Positions 45,680 to 58,194 of a DNA stretch of 64,000 nt are shown piece after piece. The DNA comes from Vermamoeba vermiformis (taxonomy: Eukaryota). Where the stretch lies: assembly GCA_045837725.1 (NCBI GenBank), contig JBEWZL010000260.1, positions 1-64,000 of the forward strand. The letters are read 5' to 3'. Position 1 is the stretch's first letter. Each line of letters opens with the position of its first letter. The position numbers and the translations under genes are program-made. The notes under the pieces are model-generated. The model was not told the DNA's origin. It did not search any database and was given only the letters and a program-made list of their open reading frames with translations.

Positions 45680-45870
45680 AAATGGAGTGCCCTTTCTATC
45701 TAGCATCAAGCTACGTCTAACTTTTATAGCAAACTGTAACAGTTAATATACAATAAATAAATTACAACCTTTTATAAGTTATTGATGGGAAAAATCATTT
45801 ATTCAAACTTAACTACTTGCACCTTACGGTTGCAAATTACAGGGACAAAGTAAGATAGTAAATTTTCTGG

Positions 45871-46072
45871 TAAATTCTAATTTTGGAAATAATGATTCAT
45901 GAACATTTACAATTCATGAATAAATTCAGGTAAATTTGTGTGGATGCAGGTAAACTTGCTAGCAGTAGCCAAAATTTCATGTTTTCAACAGCCCTGGTGG
46001 ACCTGCTAGCAGGTGCCAAATTTTCATGTTTTCAATAGCCCTGGTAGACCTGCTAGCAGGTGACAAATTTCC
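45871..46072 (-). repeat. R1 inverted copy
   Basis: ATTCATGAA palindromes followed by ~2.5 reverse-complement 47-bp units. Confidence 0.9.
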
Positions 46073-47316
46073 TACTGGTAAGCCAAAATTTTTGATATTT
46101 CTCATGTAAATGAAGGATTCTTTGTGTGTTTGATATGAAAGAGAGCAAAAGCAGAGATCAAGAAACGCTCAGATCAGCTGCCCTGTTAGTGGGTGTACTA
46201 ATACTTGTTTTTTATATATTACTCTGCAACTATGCCTAAGCATGTAGCTATGAATACTCCTGGACTTGAATCAGTAGTTTTGGAATTTTATTATCAAGCA
46301 ACTATTTTTAAAACATTTATTAAATCATCAAAATTAGAAATTCAAAACTGTCTAATTGTGGTAGTTGCTCCTTAGTTTAAGTTGACCTGTAAGTCAATAG
46401 CAGATGTATCAAGCCAATCTCATTAATTTTCCAAAAACACTTTACTTGGACAAAAAATTGTCTTTTTGATTTGTAACAGCTAGTTTTTAGTGAAGTAAAA
46501 CTTTTCAACTACAACTCCAGTTTTTTTGATTGGAATGAAAATACATGATATTAGGAGCCTAACAAAGCAAATCACCATCACTTCTGTTAATTACTCCTTG
46601 GACACATGCTGGGTACCTAGGATTCTGTACGGAGAGGGTACCCTCACCACCCACTCTGTCAGCCAATGGAATTCAAGATGCTCAGAATCCTAGGTGTTTA
46701 AAATAGTAGGAAGCCAGTCATGGAATCCTAGGTGCCCAACAGGGGGCCCCTCTCCTTATGGAATTCTAGGTGCAAAGACAAGTAATACAAAGTGCCTGGA
46801 ATCCAAAGTGCCCAAAATCATAGCTGTCCAGCCTTGGTTAATGCAAAATTTCATTTGATTTCATTTGATTGCATTCGATTGCATTCGATTGAACTTCAGC
46901 TCCAGTGGCCTGGACAAGCACCACCAGCATCCTTCTTGTATCATTTGAGTTTGGCCATTATATTTACATCCTATACTGATAGTATATACTACAGGGACAT
47001 CTTATATTGCATGTTTCATCAAAATTTTAGCAGATCCAGTGAAAAAACTCCATGAATTGCAAATGTTGAATATGCACCTATGATTTAAGATTACCCATTA
47101 TTATAGTGCTTAAAGTTTAATCATCTTTAAGCAGTAGTGCATCCTTTCAAGTAAGTTTAACAATTGTAGCTAATAATATTAGCTTGATCCATCAATAAAA
47201 AATTCAAACTAACTGATAGAGGAAGTTATTATTTCAAAACAACAAGATATGTATGCCATTTGCTAATAAATGACCATTTAGAAGGTTATCTTAATCCTAC
47301 CTGAAACTTTCTTGCT

Positions 47317-47560
47317 AAATTCTAATTTAGGAAATAATGATTCATGAACATCTACAATTCATGAATAAATCAGGTAAATTTGTGTGGACATGGATGAACT
47401 TGCTACCAGTAGCCAAATTTTCCTGTTTTCAACAGCCCTGGTAAACCTGCTAGCAGGTGCCAAATTTTCCTGTTTTTGACAGCCCTGGTAGACCTGCTAG
47501 CACGTGCCAAATTTTCTTGTTTTCAACAGCCCTGGTAGACCTGCTAGCAGGTGCCAAATT
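47317..47560 (-). repeat. R1 inverted copy (direct repeat of 45871-46072)
   Basis: taaattctaattt.ggaaataatgattcatgaac... followed by ~3.5 reverse-complement units. Confidence 0.9.
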
Positions 47561-47799
47561 CAGTACATTAGTAAAAGACCTACAGGCACTTGTGTAATAG
47601 AATGAGACAATTGAAGCAGGGTTTTCCTTGATACTATTATTAGGACTCCTGAAAAACAAAAATAATCTTAACAAAATTTCTAATAAGGAATAAGAAACCG
47701 GTTCTAGAGCAAGGCAACTCTACCCTTCAATTGCTATGCTCTTACGCCTTCTCTTTTGCTTTAAAATTTATCATTACCATAAAAGGAAAAAAGGGCAAA

Positions 47800-48450
47800 A
47801 GCGTCCCCACCCAGGGGACAGTTTTCTAAAAGCATCCCCTCAGTGGGGACGCTTTTTTTAACAATGTTTTTGAAATTTTTGTTTTTTATTTGAAAAAATC
47901 AATACACAAGAAACCCTAGCAAAAATATTAGCCCTAGAGTATATATAATGCCCCCCCCCGTCCCCCTGGCGGACGGGGTCCTATTAAATAAATATACCCC
48001 CGTCCCCCTGGCGGACGGGTATCCATCAAGTATTTCAAGCCCAACATACCTGAAGCTGAACCACACAGGTCAGGTGTAAGGTAAGCACCTAGTGAGGTTG
48101 AGGCTGTGCATTAGCATTGAGTATGTACCTGATGCTGAACCTGTCAGGTTGAGGTATTTGCTACAAACCTGATGCAGGAGGTAAAGGTACATGACAGTAC
48201 GATCCCGAAGTGGATACAGCACCCCCCCGTCCGCCTGGCGGACGGGTCCTTATTAAATTAATATACCCCTGTCCCCCTGGCGGACGGGGTCCTATTAAAT
48301 AAATATACCCCCGTCCGCCAGGTGGACGGGTATCCATCAATTGTATAACTGGGTATACCTCAAGCTGAACCTTGCAGGTTAGGTACTATTTACTTTCCCA
48401 GTGTAGCATGGGTTGATAACGTGCCCCCGTCCCCCTGGCGGACGGGGTCA
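47800..48450. repeat. Cluster of GC-rich hairpin repeats (CCCCGTCCCCCTGGCGGACGGGG x6)
   Basis: Copies near 47956, 47997, 48224, 48267, 48308 and 48424, interspersed with acct.a.gctgaacc...caggt motifs. Confidence 0.9.
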
Positions 48451-49134
48451 GTTATCAACTAAGGTACCAATTTCCCAGTATACAGGCTACTCCAAACATC
48501 TTGTTTATTTAATGTCACATACATTGGCCATGGGTGGCGGCTGATTTGTACAAATGTTTGATTGGCCTCTGTGGCTGACTTGCCTCACACCCAACCGCAG
48601 CCCCACCAGCCCTAACCCTAAAGGGTATATAATAGCAGAGGCAGTGCTAAGTGTTTGAGTCGACTCAAAAAAAACAAAAATAAAATGCTGCGGACGCCAG
48701 GAGTTGAACCTGCGCTGGTCAGAAATTCCGACCAAAAGTTTGAGTCGACTCAAAAAAAATTCAATTCGGGCCCCACGAGTTTACCGTTTTTATGCAAGCA
48801 GCGTGTACGAATTGTGGTGAGTGCAATTTCTGCAACGCCTTGCTCGTGGCCTTGATTTTGAGACGATCTGCGTCGATGTAGAAGAACAGGGTCTTAAAAT
48901 TCCGGGCACTGTTTAAAAAATACAATTAAAATTGTTACATATTATATTGAATTATTAAAAGGTAATAAGCCATAAATAATGATTTTTTTAAAAAAAATAA
49001 ATCCGATCAAGGACTTATCTGAGCATTGCTTTCGCGCTCAAATTATAAATCGTGCGTATAAAATTATTACGTGTAATTTTTTTTACTATGCAAAGACTTG
49101 TGGTAATCTTGCTGAAAGATACGCAGCAATAAAA

Positions 49135-50640
49135 ATGTCAAAATTTGACGGAATTACGTGTCATCGGAGACAAGATTCCGTAAATAACTCGAATTCCGTA
49201 AAAACGCGTCTGGCGGGTAAGTGATTTACCAATTTAACCTCCTACATTGCTGACGAAACACCACAGCCCACAGAAACGCGCAATTACTTGTCATCCACGG
49301 TAGCTAATGTTTACGAACCCGTTTTCAAATGCTTTTCAAGGTAAAATTAGTATAATTTAGCATATTTTTAAATTTTAACAATATTTTTAATGAAAAAAAA
49401 AAACCAATTAACTACTCGCTTAATTACATCCTCGTTATTAATCCTGCGCATAAAAAATTCACTTGCTTAAACACAAAAATATTAAATTATTATTTTAAAA
49501 GCAGCAAAAACTGCTGGGCAGCAATACACGTAAGTTACGATCCACAAAAAAGCGCTTTTAACTTACTGGTTGGATGTCTTAGGGATAATAATTTGTTGCA
49601 CTACCAGAGGATGCATTCCCATATTCATCCTGTTACTTGCACGGGTCATTTGGAAGACTGTAATTGCCGATCTGAAGCACCACTAAATTGTTTACCGGGC
49701 CAACCCGGCAATGAGATTCAAAGTACAACAAGCAAACTCAAAGCACTAATGGTTTGTTTTGTGTTGTTTGAGTGCGAATGTAATTTTAATAAAATCATTT
49801 CAGCCAGTCGCCTCGCAAGTCTTTGCACAAACTCCAAGCATTAAAGGTATAATTCCTTTTTAGTTATACAGCCATACTAATGCCATGCACAGAAATTCCT
49901 TATCTCCAAGAACAGGATCCAGGATCAAATTTCAGCAACAGAATTTTATGTTGTAGCAGAAAGAATTTGCAATACATCAGTCAATTAAAGAGTACTTTGG
50001 GCATGTCTTTGCAAATTTTTGACTTAGCTTGGTAAGCTCATGTCTGAGTGTCAATTAACCTCTAACTCTAATTGTCCAGGAGCAATGACGAGTTCAAAGA
50101 GCTGCATCCAAATTACTTGTCTTCAAATACACACATCCCAGTATGTAGTAATGTTAATAATAAGAATTAATAGTAATTCTTTTTGCAGGTATCCTTCAGT
50201 AGCTTATTTGCACAGTCAGTAATGAGCATTTATGAAGCTCTAAAAGCTGATGCAATGGGTTTTGACATGGTGAAATTGACCTCCCATGTCAATCCCTTAA
50301 TGGACACTCAGTTTGTTGATTGCAAACATTGGTTGAAGGTATGTTGTTGGAATTTATTGCTTTTTTTTAACAATATTTCTAGCTAGATCAACCTGGCTTT
50401 ATGTTATCGCAATCTGAAGCTGCTCTCCACTATTACATTTTGCCTTATTATTGGTATTTGCTGTATTGCTCTCCTAAAGCCCTTGACAAACTCTGGCTTG
50501 CTTTGCTCCAACAAAAGTCTATTCTGCTTGTGGATGATTGCTCAAATTTTGATGCAAGCCAATCTTGCCCCCTTTTATCACACACAATTTTAATCAAAAT
50601 ATACTTGTTAAAACAGTTTGATTACATAAATTCTCCTGAT
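49135..50640 (+). CDS. Multi-exon hypothetical protein (ends uncertain)
   Basis: Five internal exons between 49582 and 50338 splice in frame through GT-AG introns; no domain recognised. Confidence 0.5.
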
Positions 50641-50850
50641 TAGAATATCTTTGGCCTTTATAATTTGCTAAACTTAACTTAGTTTTCTCAAAGCATGTCA
50701 AGGTGTCCATGGCTTTGCAGATACCTTCTTAATGATGGAGTCAAATCCCCCTCATGTCATCAGGTATCTGCAAAGCCATGGACACCTTGCATCACTTTTG
50801 TTTATATGCATTTTTGCAACAACTGCAGACTTCATTTTGTGATGGTATTG

Positions 50851-51080
50851 TCCCTGCTGTGCGGATGGGCATCCGTGCTGTGCAGACAGCTGTCCCTGCT
50901 GTGCGGACAGGCATCCATGCTGTGCGGACGGGCGTCCGTGCTGTGTGGATGGGCGTCCCTGCTGTGTGGACAGGCATCTGTGCTGTGCGGACGGGCGTCC
51001 GTGCGGTGTGGACAGGTGTCCGTGCTGTGCGGACAGGCATCCGTGCTGTGCGGATGGGCGTCCGTGCTGTGCGGATGGGT
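50851..51080. repeat. 21-bp minisatellite, ~11 copies (gtccgtgctgtgcggacgggc)
   Basis: Tandem units with an internal GTCCG...CGGAC dyad and many CG>TG/CA variants. Confidence 0.95.
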
Positions 51081-51364
51081 GTGAAGTTGCCAAGGCATAA
51101 AAAAATTCACCCTTGGCTACAAAAAAACTGTAAAATGCTAACCCCAACATGATATATAACCCTAGACCCTATATAAATAAGGGAAGGACCAAACCTTACG
51201 ATGATTACAATGCAGAACCAGAAGTCTATTGTTAAGCCTCATTTCTCTAAATCTACCATCCACAATTCTACCTTTGTAAATCAAAGACAGGCAGAAGACA
51301 CACTCCACAAAGACTAGCAGCAAACTAAAGGATGGCCTAGCAGTATACAAGAAGTATGTACAAT

Positions 51365-54287
51365 TTATTGAATGATACACTTTCCTTCACGAGAGTCATC
51401 CCCTGAAAGCTGTTTTGAAAGCCCAATTACCTCTGTCTTGTGGGGCCATCTATGCTTTTCAATCCAATTTCTATGGGAATCTGACTGATGTTAATAAAAT
51501 AAATTGTATTTTGTTTCTTACCTGAAAGATTGTCTAGAATCTCCTTTTTTCCTTCATAAGTAACATGATTAACAGCAAGCCAATGCAAGCAGAATTTAAC
51601 AAGCTGATTTCCATTGTGCTGGTGGGCAAAGTTCAACACCTCCACAATGATTTCAGGGTTGTCTTCTGGACCAAGATTTGATGCCACAAATTGCTCACAT
51701 AGGGTTGTTAATCTGATCAAGCCATATTTGTTGGAAAGAAGCAATAAATCTGCCACGTTGTTGCTTGTTATAATACTACTTGTGTTAGCTTGCAGAAGCG
51801 GGTACAACATTAATCTAACTTACCATTGATCTGTGTACAAATAATTTACAAATTGTTGAAATGCATCGCAGCAGATGTCAGAAATCGTAATCGAATTGCT
51901 TTTGTTTTCGATAAATTCTCCGGTGAACATCGCGTTGAAATAAGAACTATTAATTGTCAATATATAAGGAGCCAGTACTATAAAGATATAGACATACCAC
52001 CGTGAAGCGAGAATGACTTTGTGCGCTCGTATTTCTTTGTTCTCTACGTTGAACACAATATCGGTCCAAAGTTCAGTCGCCAGAAAATACTTTTGTAGCG
52101 AGTTTTTCTTTTCGTCATCGAAGAACGTTTTGATGGAAGTGTTCAACATCTCCGCGCCAATCCACACGTTTAAACAGTACTCGGCCAGCTTGCTGCAATG
52201 ATATAAAGCTGCCGTGGCCGCAATATCCTTGAGTTCACTCGAGTGCTGTCGAAAATGGTCGTCTAACTTCACACCGTAAAGAAATTTCACGAGCAATGCG
52301 AATGTGTCGTACTTGGCCTTGTTGACAACTACGGTTGTTATTCCGTTCTCTTGCGTCACTTCACCAAAGAGTTCATCGAGATCAATCTCGTCTGACTTAA
52401 TGTGACGTATCCGGCCTACAATTGGAAATGATTAGACACGCTTCTCGTGCTGAACGGGCTTACTTTCAGTTCCTCTGCGAAGACGACGAGGTTTCAACGC
52501 TTCGAATCGAGGACTCAACACTTCATTCTTTGACGCCTTCAATGTTGTACTTTCACTGGATCGCAGCGAGTTGAAGCTGTAACTGCTTGCAGGACTGCTG
52601 CTAGGGCTATTGTTCATCTCATTCTCTTGCTCTTCTTTGGTATCGAAAAGTATTTCGCGATTTGTATAATACCCTGGTAGATGTCCATTGCTGTCAGGGC
52701 CGTTGTTATTGTTTGAACTGTTGTCCCGAGGCGAGTCAACCGGCGACACTTTCTTGGGCGAACCAGAAAGAACTTCGAGTGAGGGTATTTTTTTTGAATT
52801 GCGTGATTTACGCACTGAGCAGTGATTAGCACTTTATGAGCAATTAAAGATTGATTGAACTTACCATCGCTACCGTGACGAGACCGCCGCTTGTCAAGAG
52901 CGTCCTGAGCACCTCCGTCGCTTTTACTTTTCTGTTTTAATAGCTCAGTAACGAGTTTCCGGTGGAATCAAGTCTTTACCTTTAACGCCCTCTTGCGGAG
53001 CGTGAATGAAGTATCTCCCATGAACAGCAATCTCATCACTTCGGCTGACGAACACAACAACACCTTGTGTGCCCATAGCTTTCTATCGTCGCTTTTGAAT
53101 GTGAAACACACGTCCGCGAGCTCTTTTTTGTTGAATAACGCTATCCAGTCTGAAAGATACGACGACTCGGCCAGGTCGATTTTCGGATAGGGCGGGGGCT
53201 GTGGTATCAACGAACTGACTAACAACTTCCGCTTGCTCTTCTTTTTCGGTGTTAGTGTGCGCATAAGAACCACGCGAACAGCTTCGTCGATCACTTCCCT
53301 CATTCCTGAGCCGATTAGCGAAAGCCGAGTCGAGATAGAAAGAACTCACCAAAGCAATTCAGCGCACTGTTTTCCAAGTACTTGAAGGCACCGATCTCGT
53401 ACGCAAGTTTTAACCCCTACCAACTGCGTTTAACATCGCCAAAACACGACCGTTCATTTACTCACGTCTTCGTACGATACAGGCGCTTGACCACGAGCTC
53501 GCATAGCCTCGATGACTTCAGGGTCTGTGCGCACTACGAATTGGTTAGTTATTTGTTTGACTCGCGCGATGACTTACTCTCCATGTTATTTCCGACGAGC
53601 AAAAACGGCGTGTCGGGACAATGGTGCGTTATTTCTATTAATAGCAGTAAGTAACTGACAAAATAGGCGCACTTTTCATTGCTTACCTCTCCACCATTTC
53701 GTCTTGATATTCGCCAGGGACGAAGGGTGGCCGATCGAGAACATGAGGAGAAAAACCTGTGGAACTGTTAGTTACTATTTAAGGAACTCGTGCTTACGTA
53801 CATCCGCTTGAGGATAAGCTAACGAACGCAATCTATCGTACTCTTCTTGGCCTATCAATTACGTTAGCAACAATAAAATTGTGATCTGATCGGATCTGAT
53901 TTACCTGCAGTATCCCAAAGCCCTAAACGTATCATAAATAATATCTCAGTATTTTCACGAATTAGTAATACGTTTACAAACCTAAATTGACCTGTTCAAA
54001 TTTATAATAAATTAATAATCGAAATTTAAATTACAATTAATTTGGCATGACTCACCCGGTGCCCCTCAACCTCTACTTCCGTGGAAAAATTATCGAAAAC
54101 CGTGGGAACGTATTCGCCTAATAAGTATTAACGAAAAGAAATTTCCGTTGTAATATTTAATTCAATTACCTGGTGGCTTATTGGTCATATATGCCAGTAA
54201 AAATTGGGATTTTTGAGCGCAATTATCGCCTACAACGACGCATTTTATGCTTAGCTCAATACCAAGATTCACCTGCACCCGTTCCAT
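51365..54287 (-). CDS. RhoBTB/RacA-like protein: Rho-type domain, two BTB domains, C-terminal domain and CaaX
   Basis: IKCVVVGD, YVPTVFDN, LWDTAGQEEYDRLR; ADVCF..WAHKVLLC; TDIVFNVE..IRAHKVILASR; HRWP; ends CIIQ*. Confidence 0.9.
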
Positions 54288-54496
54288 CTGGTTCCAAATC
54301 CAAGCTTTAGGCTGCACGTTTCTTTATTGGCGTTGTACTAATTAATTAAAACGCTTTCCCCATGTTCGTGGTGTATAATCCAAACTACAAAAAAAAATCA
54401 GGCAAAAATGATTCCGTGTCCGTAATCAAAGAATCTTGCGCTGGAACAACATTACGTCACAATATTCATACCAAACACCGGCATTCAAGTCATAAA

Positions 54497-55541
54497 ATGA
54501 AACGTAGTACTTCTGCAAGATCCCCTGCGAAGGATGAGCCAAAAACAAAGCGATCTAAAATTGAAACCGCGCAAAATGGTGAGTGCACGTTGAAAATTAC
54601 GTGCTTTAGTTTTACTATAAATTATATATCACAATGCTTGAAATATTACATGTTCAATCATGATTTTCTGAACGCGCCAAAAATTATTATTGAAAATTTA
54701 AACGACCGAACTGCAGTTATTTCTATTATTATCACCATAATCAAACAGCAAAAATTATTGCAATATTCGTATTAATTTATTTTCGAGCAGAACAAATGGA
54801 GATCGACGAACCCAATGCTGTAACTGCACCCGTGGCTCCGTCCACAGTGCTTTCTATTGGCCACCCCGCACCTCACTTCACTGCCGAAGCAGTCAGCGCG
54901 TCAGGAGAGTTCGTAAACATCTCGCTGTCAGATTACAAAGGAAAATATCTTGTGTTATTCTTCTACCCGCTCGACTTCACTTTCGTTTGCCCCACGGAAA
55001 TCATTGCTTTTTCAGAGAGTATCAACAAGTTTAAAGAATTGAATTGCGAAGTCCTTGGGGTCTCCGTGGACAGTAAATACTCTCATCTGGCTTGGATCAA
55101 CACACCCAGGAAACAAGTAAGTAGAATTCTTAGCACTACATAATATTATTAACTTATTGAGCCAATAAGGGTGGCGTTGGTGCTTTGAACATCCCCTTAC
55201 TCGCGGATTTGAACAAAGAAGTTTCAAAAACTTACAACGCACTCTACAAAAATACTGGGCATACATTACGAGCACTATTTATTATAGGAAGTGATGCAAA
55301 TCAAACATTGCGCCATATTACAATGAATGAGCCTCCCGTTGGTCGATCAGTTGGTACGTGTTAAACGACTACCTACAAAACTCCCTAATTGCGACGTTCA
55401 GATGAGGTATTGCGACTCGTACAGGCCTTCCAATTTAATGATGTTCACGGCGAAGTATGTCCCGCGAACTGGACTCCGGGAGCTAAAACGATCCAGCCCG
55501 ATCCAAAAGGAAAACTAAGTTATTTTGAAAATTTGGCATAA
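54497..55541 (+). CDS. Typical 2-Cys peroxiredoxin (AhpC/Prx1) with N-terminal extension
   Basis: [27 protein letters not shown]; three introns. Confidence 0.95.
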
Positions 55542-55625
55542 ATAATAATTAATCATCTATTTATTTACAAATCCGCTATATGGGGATACTATATTATATT
55601 TTCTAGTCATAGAAACACGAAAATT

Positions 55626-57556
55626 TTAGACTTGAGCTGACGGAATGCATTCAACTTCAGTCTCGAAGTAAGCGATCAAAAACAGCGCCACGAAGCCAAC
55701 CAACAAGCCAGCCAACTGCTGAATGACCCAAATGATCTTAACTTTCTCCTTGTTGAGTTCAGGCAACAACTCGGAGAGGCCGATGTACAAGAAGCCACCG
55801 CCAGTCACCGACAAGATCCACTTGTCCGCGTCCGAATGACCAACAGCCAAGCCAATAACAGTACCAATGATGGCTGTAACGGCAGAGGCGAAGTTAAACA
55901 GCAGCGCATGAACACGTGTGAAACCCGCACGTCGAAGCAGCGCGTAATCGCCTAACTCTTGTGGGATCTCGTGGAACAACACAGCCAAAGTAGTCGCCAA
56001 TCCAACCGAGTTGCCTAAGGCATTAAGTTAGTAAATATTCTTTTTACATTTATCTAACCGTTATCGTACTTGTAGCCCAGGCAGCACCCAAAGCAAGTCC
56101 ATCCGTGAAGTTGTGGATAGCGTCAGCAGCCAAATTCAACCAACCGTATGGCTTAATGCTGCGTAAGTACTCTTTCTTAGTTTGATGATGATGATGATCG
56201 TGCTTGTGATCATCGCCCTCGCTGCTGGTCTCCGAGTGCGCGTGCTTCTTTTCGGGGTCCTCTTCATCGCGGGTGTGTTTATGACCGTGTGAATCTTCAT
56301 CTTCTTCGTGGTCACTTTCAAAACCATGCGAGTGATGGTGCTAAATGATTGTCAGTATCCTGAATAATGGCACTATCCGCAGCTCGACACTTACACCCGT
56401 GAGTTTGGTGATGACTTTTTCAAGAATGAAGAAAAAGAGGATACTGCCGCAGACAACCACAGCAGGAATTAAGTAATTAAGCTTTTCTTGTAGATGGTCG
56501 CGCGTTTTTTCTTCGGTTGTCGAGCTGTGACTGTGGATGCCAAAAACTTCAGGAAGGATGTGCATCACCGCATCGCCAATGATAGAACCCGAAGCAAATC
56601 CAATCAAAATACGAAAGAGAATCTAAAAGATAAGGTCAGTCGAATTAACTTGGGGAATGTGATGTCGAACGCACCGCGCCAGATTTGGTTCCTTTTTTGA
56701 GCGGAAGCAATAAAACACCCAAGAACGAAAGGGCACTAATACCAACAGCAGATACGATTCCATAAGCCCACTTCGAAACGTTAGTCTTGTGCCACAAACA
56801 AAAAAAAGCACTTACGCTTTCGGTCACGCGATCTCCGCAAGGAGGCAACTCTTCGCTGACCGGTGCGAAGCAACCCTTTAGAACAACTATTTAGACTGCA
56901 TTTTTTCCATGTTATCGTTCCAAGAGACGTACCTCAAGTCGCATCAAAAACATCTCATTTACTGCCATCTGAGTGGTAGATTCGTTGAGGCTTCCCGAAG
57001 CTTCCGAAAGCTCTAAGAATATGGCCTCCACGGTCTCGCAGTGAACAGTTTCATTGGTAGTCTGAAGCGTAGACGCCAAATTTCTCTTTAACTGCACGAT
57101 CAATTGTTAGTTATCACCATGAGAAAAGAGTTTTAATCCCACCTGACTGGTAACCTCTCTCTTTTTATGGCTATGTTCGTGTGAATGTTCATTATCAGCC
57201 TCCTAAAAAAGAATGCTGTCAAATTCCGTTTGATCAAAAAACGCTGATATTTATTTGTTCGCTTTCGAGATACTTACGCCCGCAAATACTGCCCAAAGCT
57301 CTTCAAACTCTTCTTCTTGGAGAAGCTCGTCTTCATTAACGTCAAACATGTGAATAATTTCGTGGATGGGATCGTGCGCGTGCTCATCTTGTAGCAAGGA
57401 AAGAGCTGCGGAAAATGTTAAAAAAAAAGAAACTTTATAAATTAACATAAATTTATAGTGCTTACTGTTTCTTTTTGCTGTCGCATCTTCAAGAGAAAGA
57501 GCAAACTGGAAGAGTAACGCGATCAAAGCGCAAAACAATACAAGCCTGCGAATCAT
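55626..57556 (-). CDS. ZIP/SLC39 (LIV-1-like) metal transporter
   Basis: Signal peptide MIRRLVLFCALIALL; GDAVMHILP; His-rich loop; HNFTDGLALG; HEIPQELGD. Confidence 0.93.
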
Positions 57557-58194
57557 TGTAAGTCGATTGGTCCCTGGTGAGTGGCCCTGATAGGTCCTGG
57601 TTGATAGAAGCAAATGGAAGCCCTGGAAAGAAACCAGGGAGCAGAACCCTGGTCGAAAAATCCTTCGCAAAATCATCCCTGATAGATTGTCTCGGAAAAT
57701 GTTGTCGCATTAATCAATGTGTGAAATATTGACAACATTGATGAATACATTGGCGCCGTTTGTGGAAGGTAACCGCCGAGTTGCATCCGCGGTGATAGAT
57801 CGTTGTCGTCGATGCGTAAGCAAGCAAAGCTTATTTTGGATCTAAATACTCGTGGGAGTAATTCTTAAAAAATTTGTTTAATGCGAGTCCGCGTTTCCTC
57901 AATGAAACAGTGAAGAGAAAACGAGAAGTCAATCTTAGATTTGGCCAATCCGTTTCGGTACTTGCCAAACCAGCGCCCAGCTGAAAAAGGTACCAATATT
58001 TTTTACGACGTGTTACTATTGTCCCAAGTTGCTAGCAATAACGCTCACAAAAAAGTCAAGTTTTTCAGTTTTATCACCATTTTATTTGAAAATTATCCAT
58101 TTCGAAGTTATTTTCCTCGACAGTTTCGACCATGTTTGGTCGATATTTTTTGTAAGGGTAAAACACAGCAGCGTGTCTTTGAGCGGATGTAGAG

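Noticed and set aside
48686-48733. Functional tRNA gene
   Set aside because: No A-box, D-arm or pairing 5' acceptor strand; kept only as a fragment finding
50695-51152. Overlapping repetitive ORFs (AVRTG / SAQHG / HSTDA)
   Set aside because: Artefacts of a stop-free 21-bp minisatellite read in several frames
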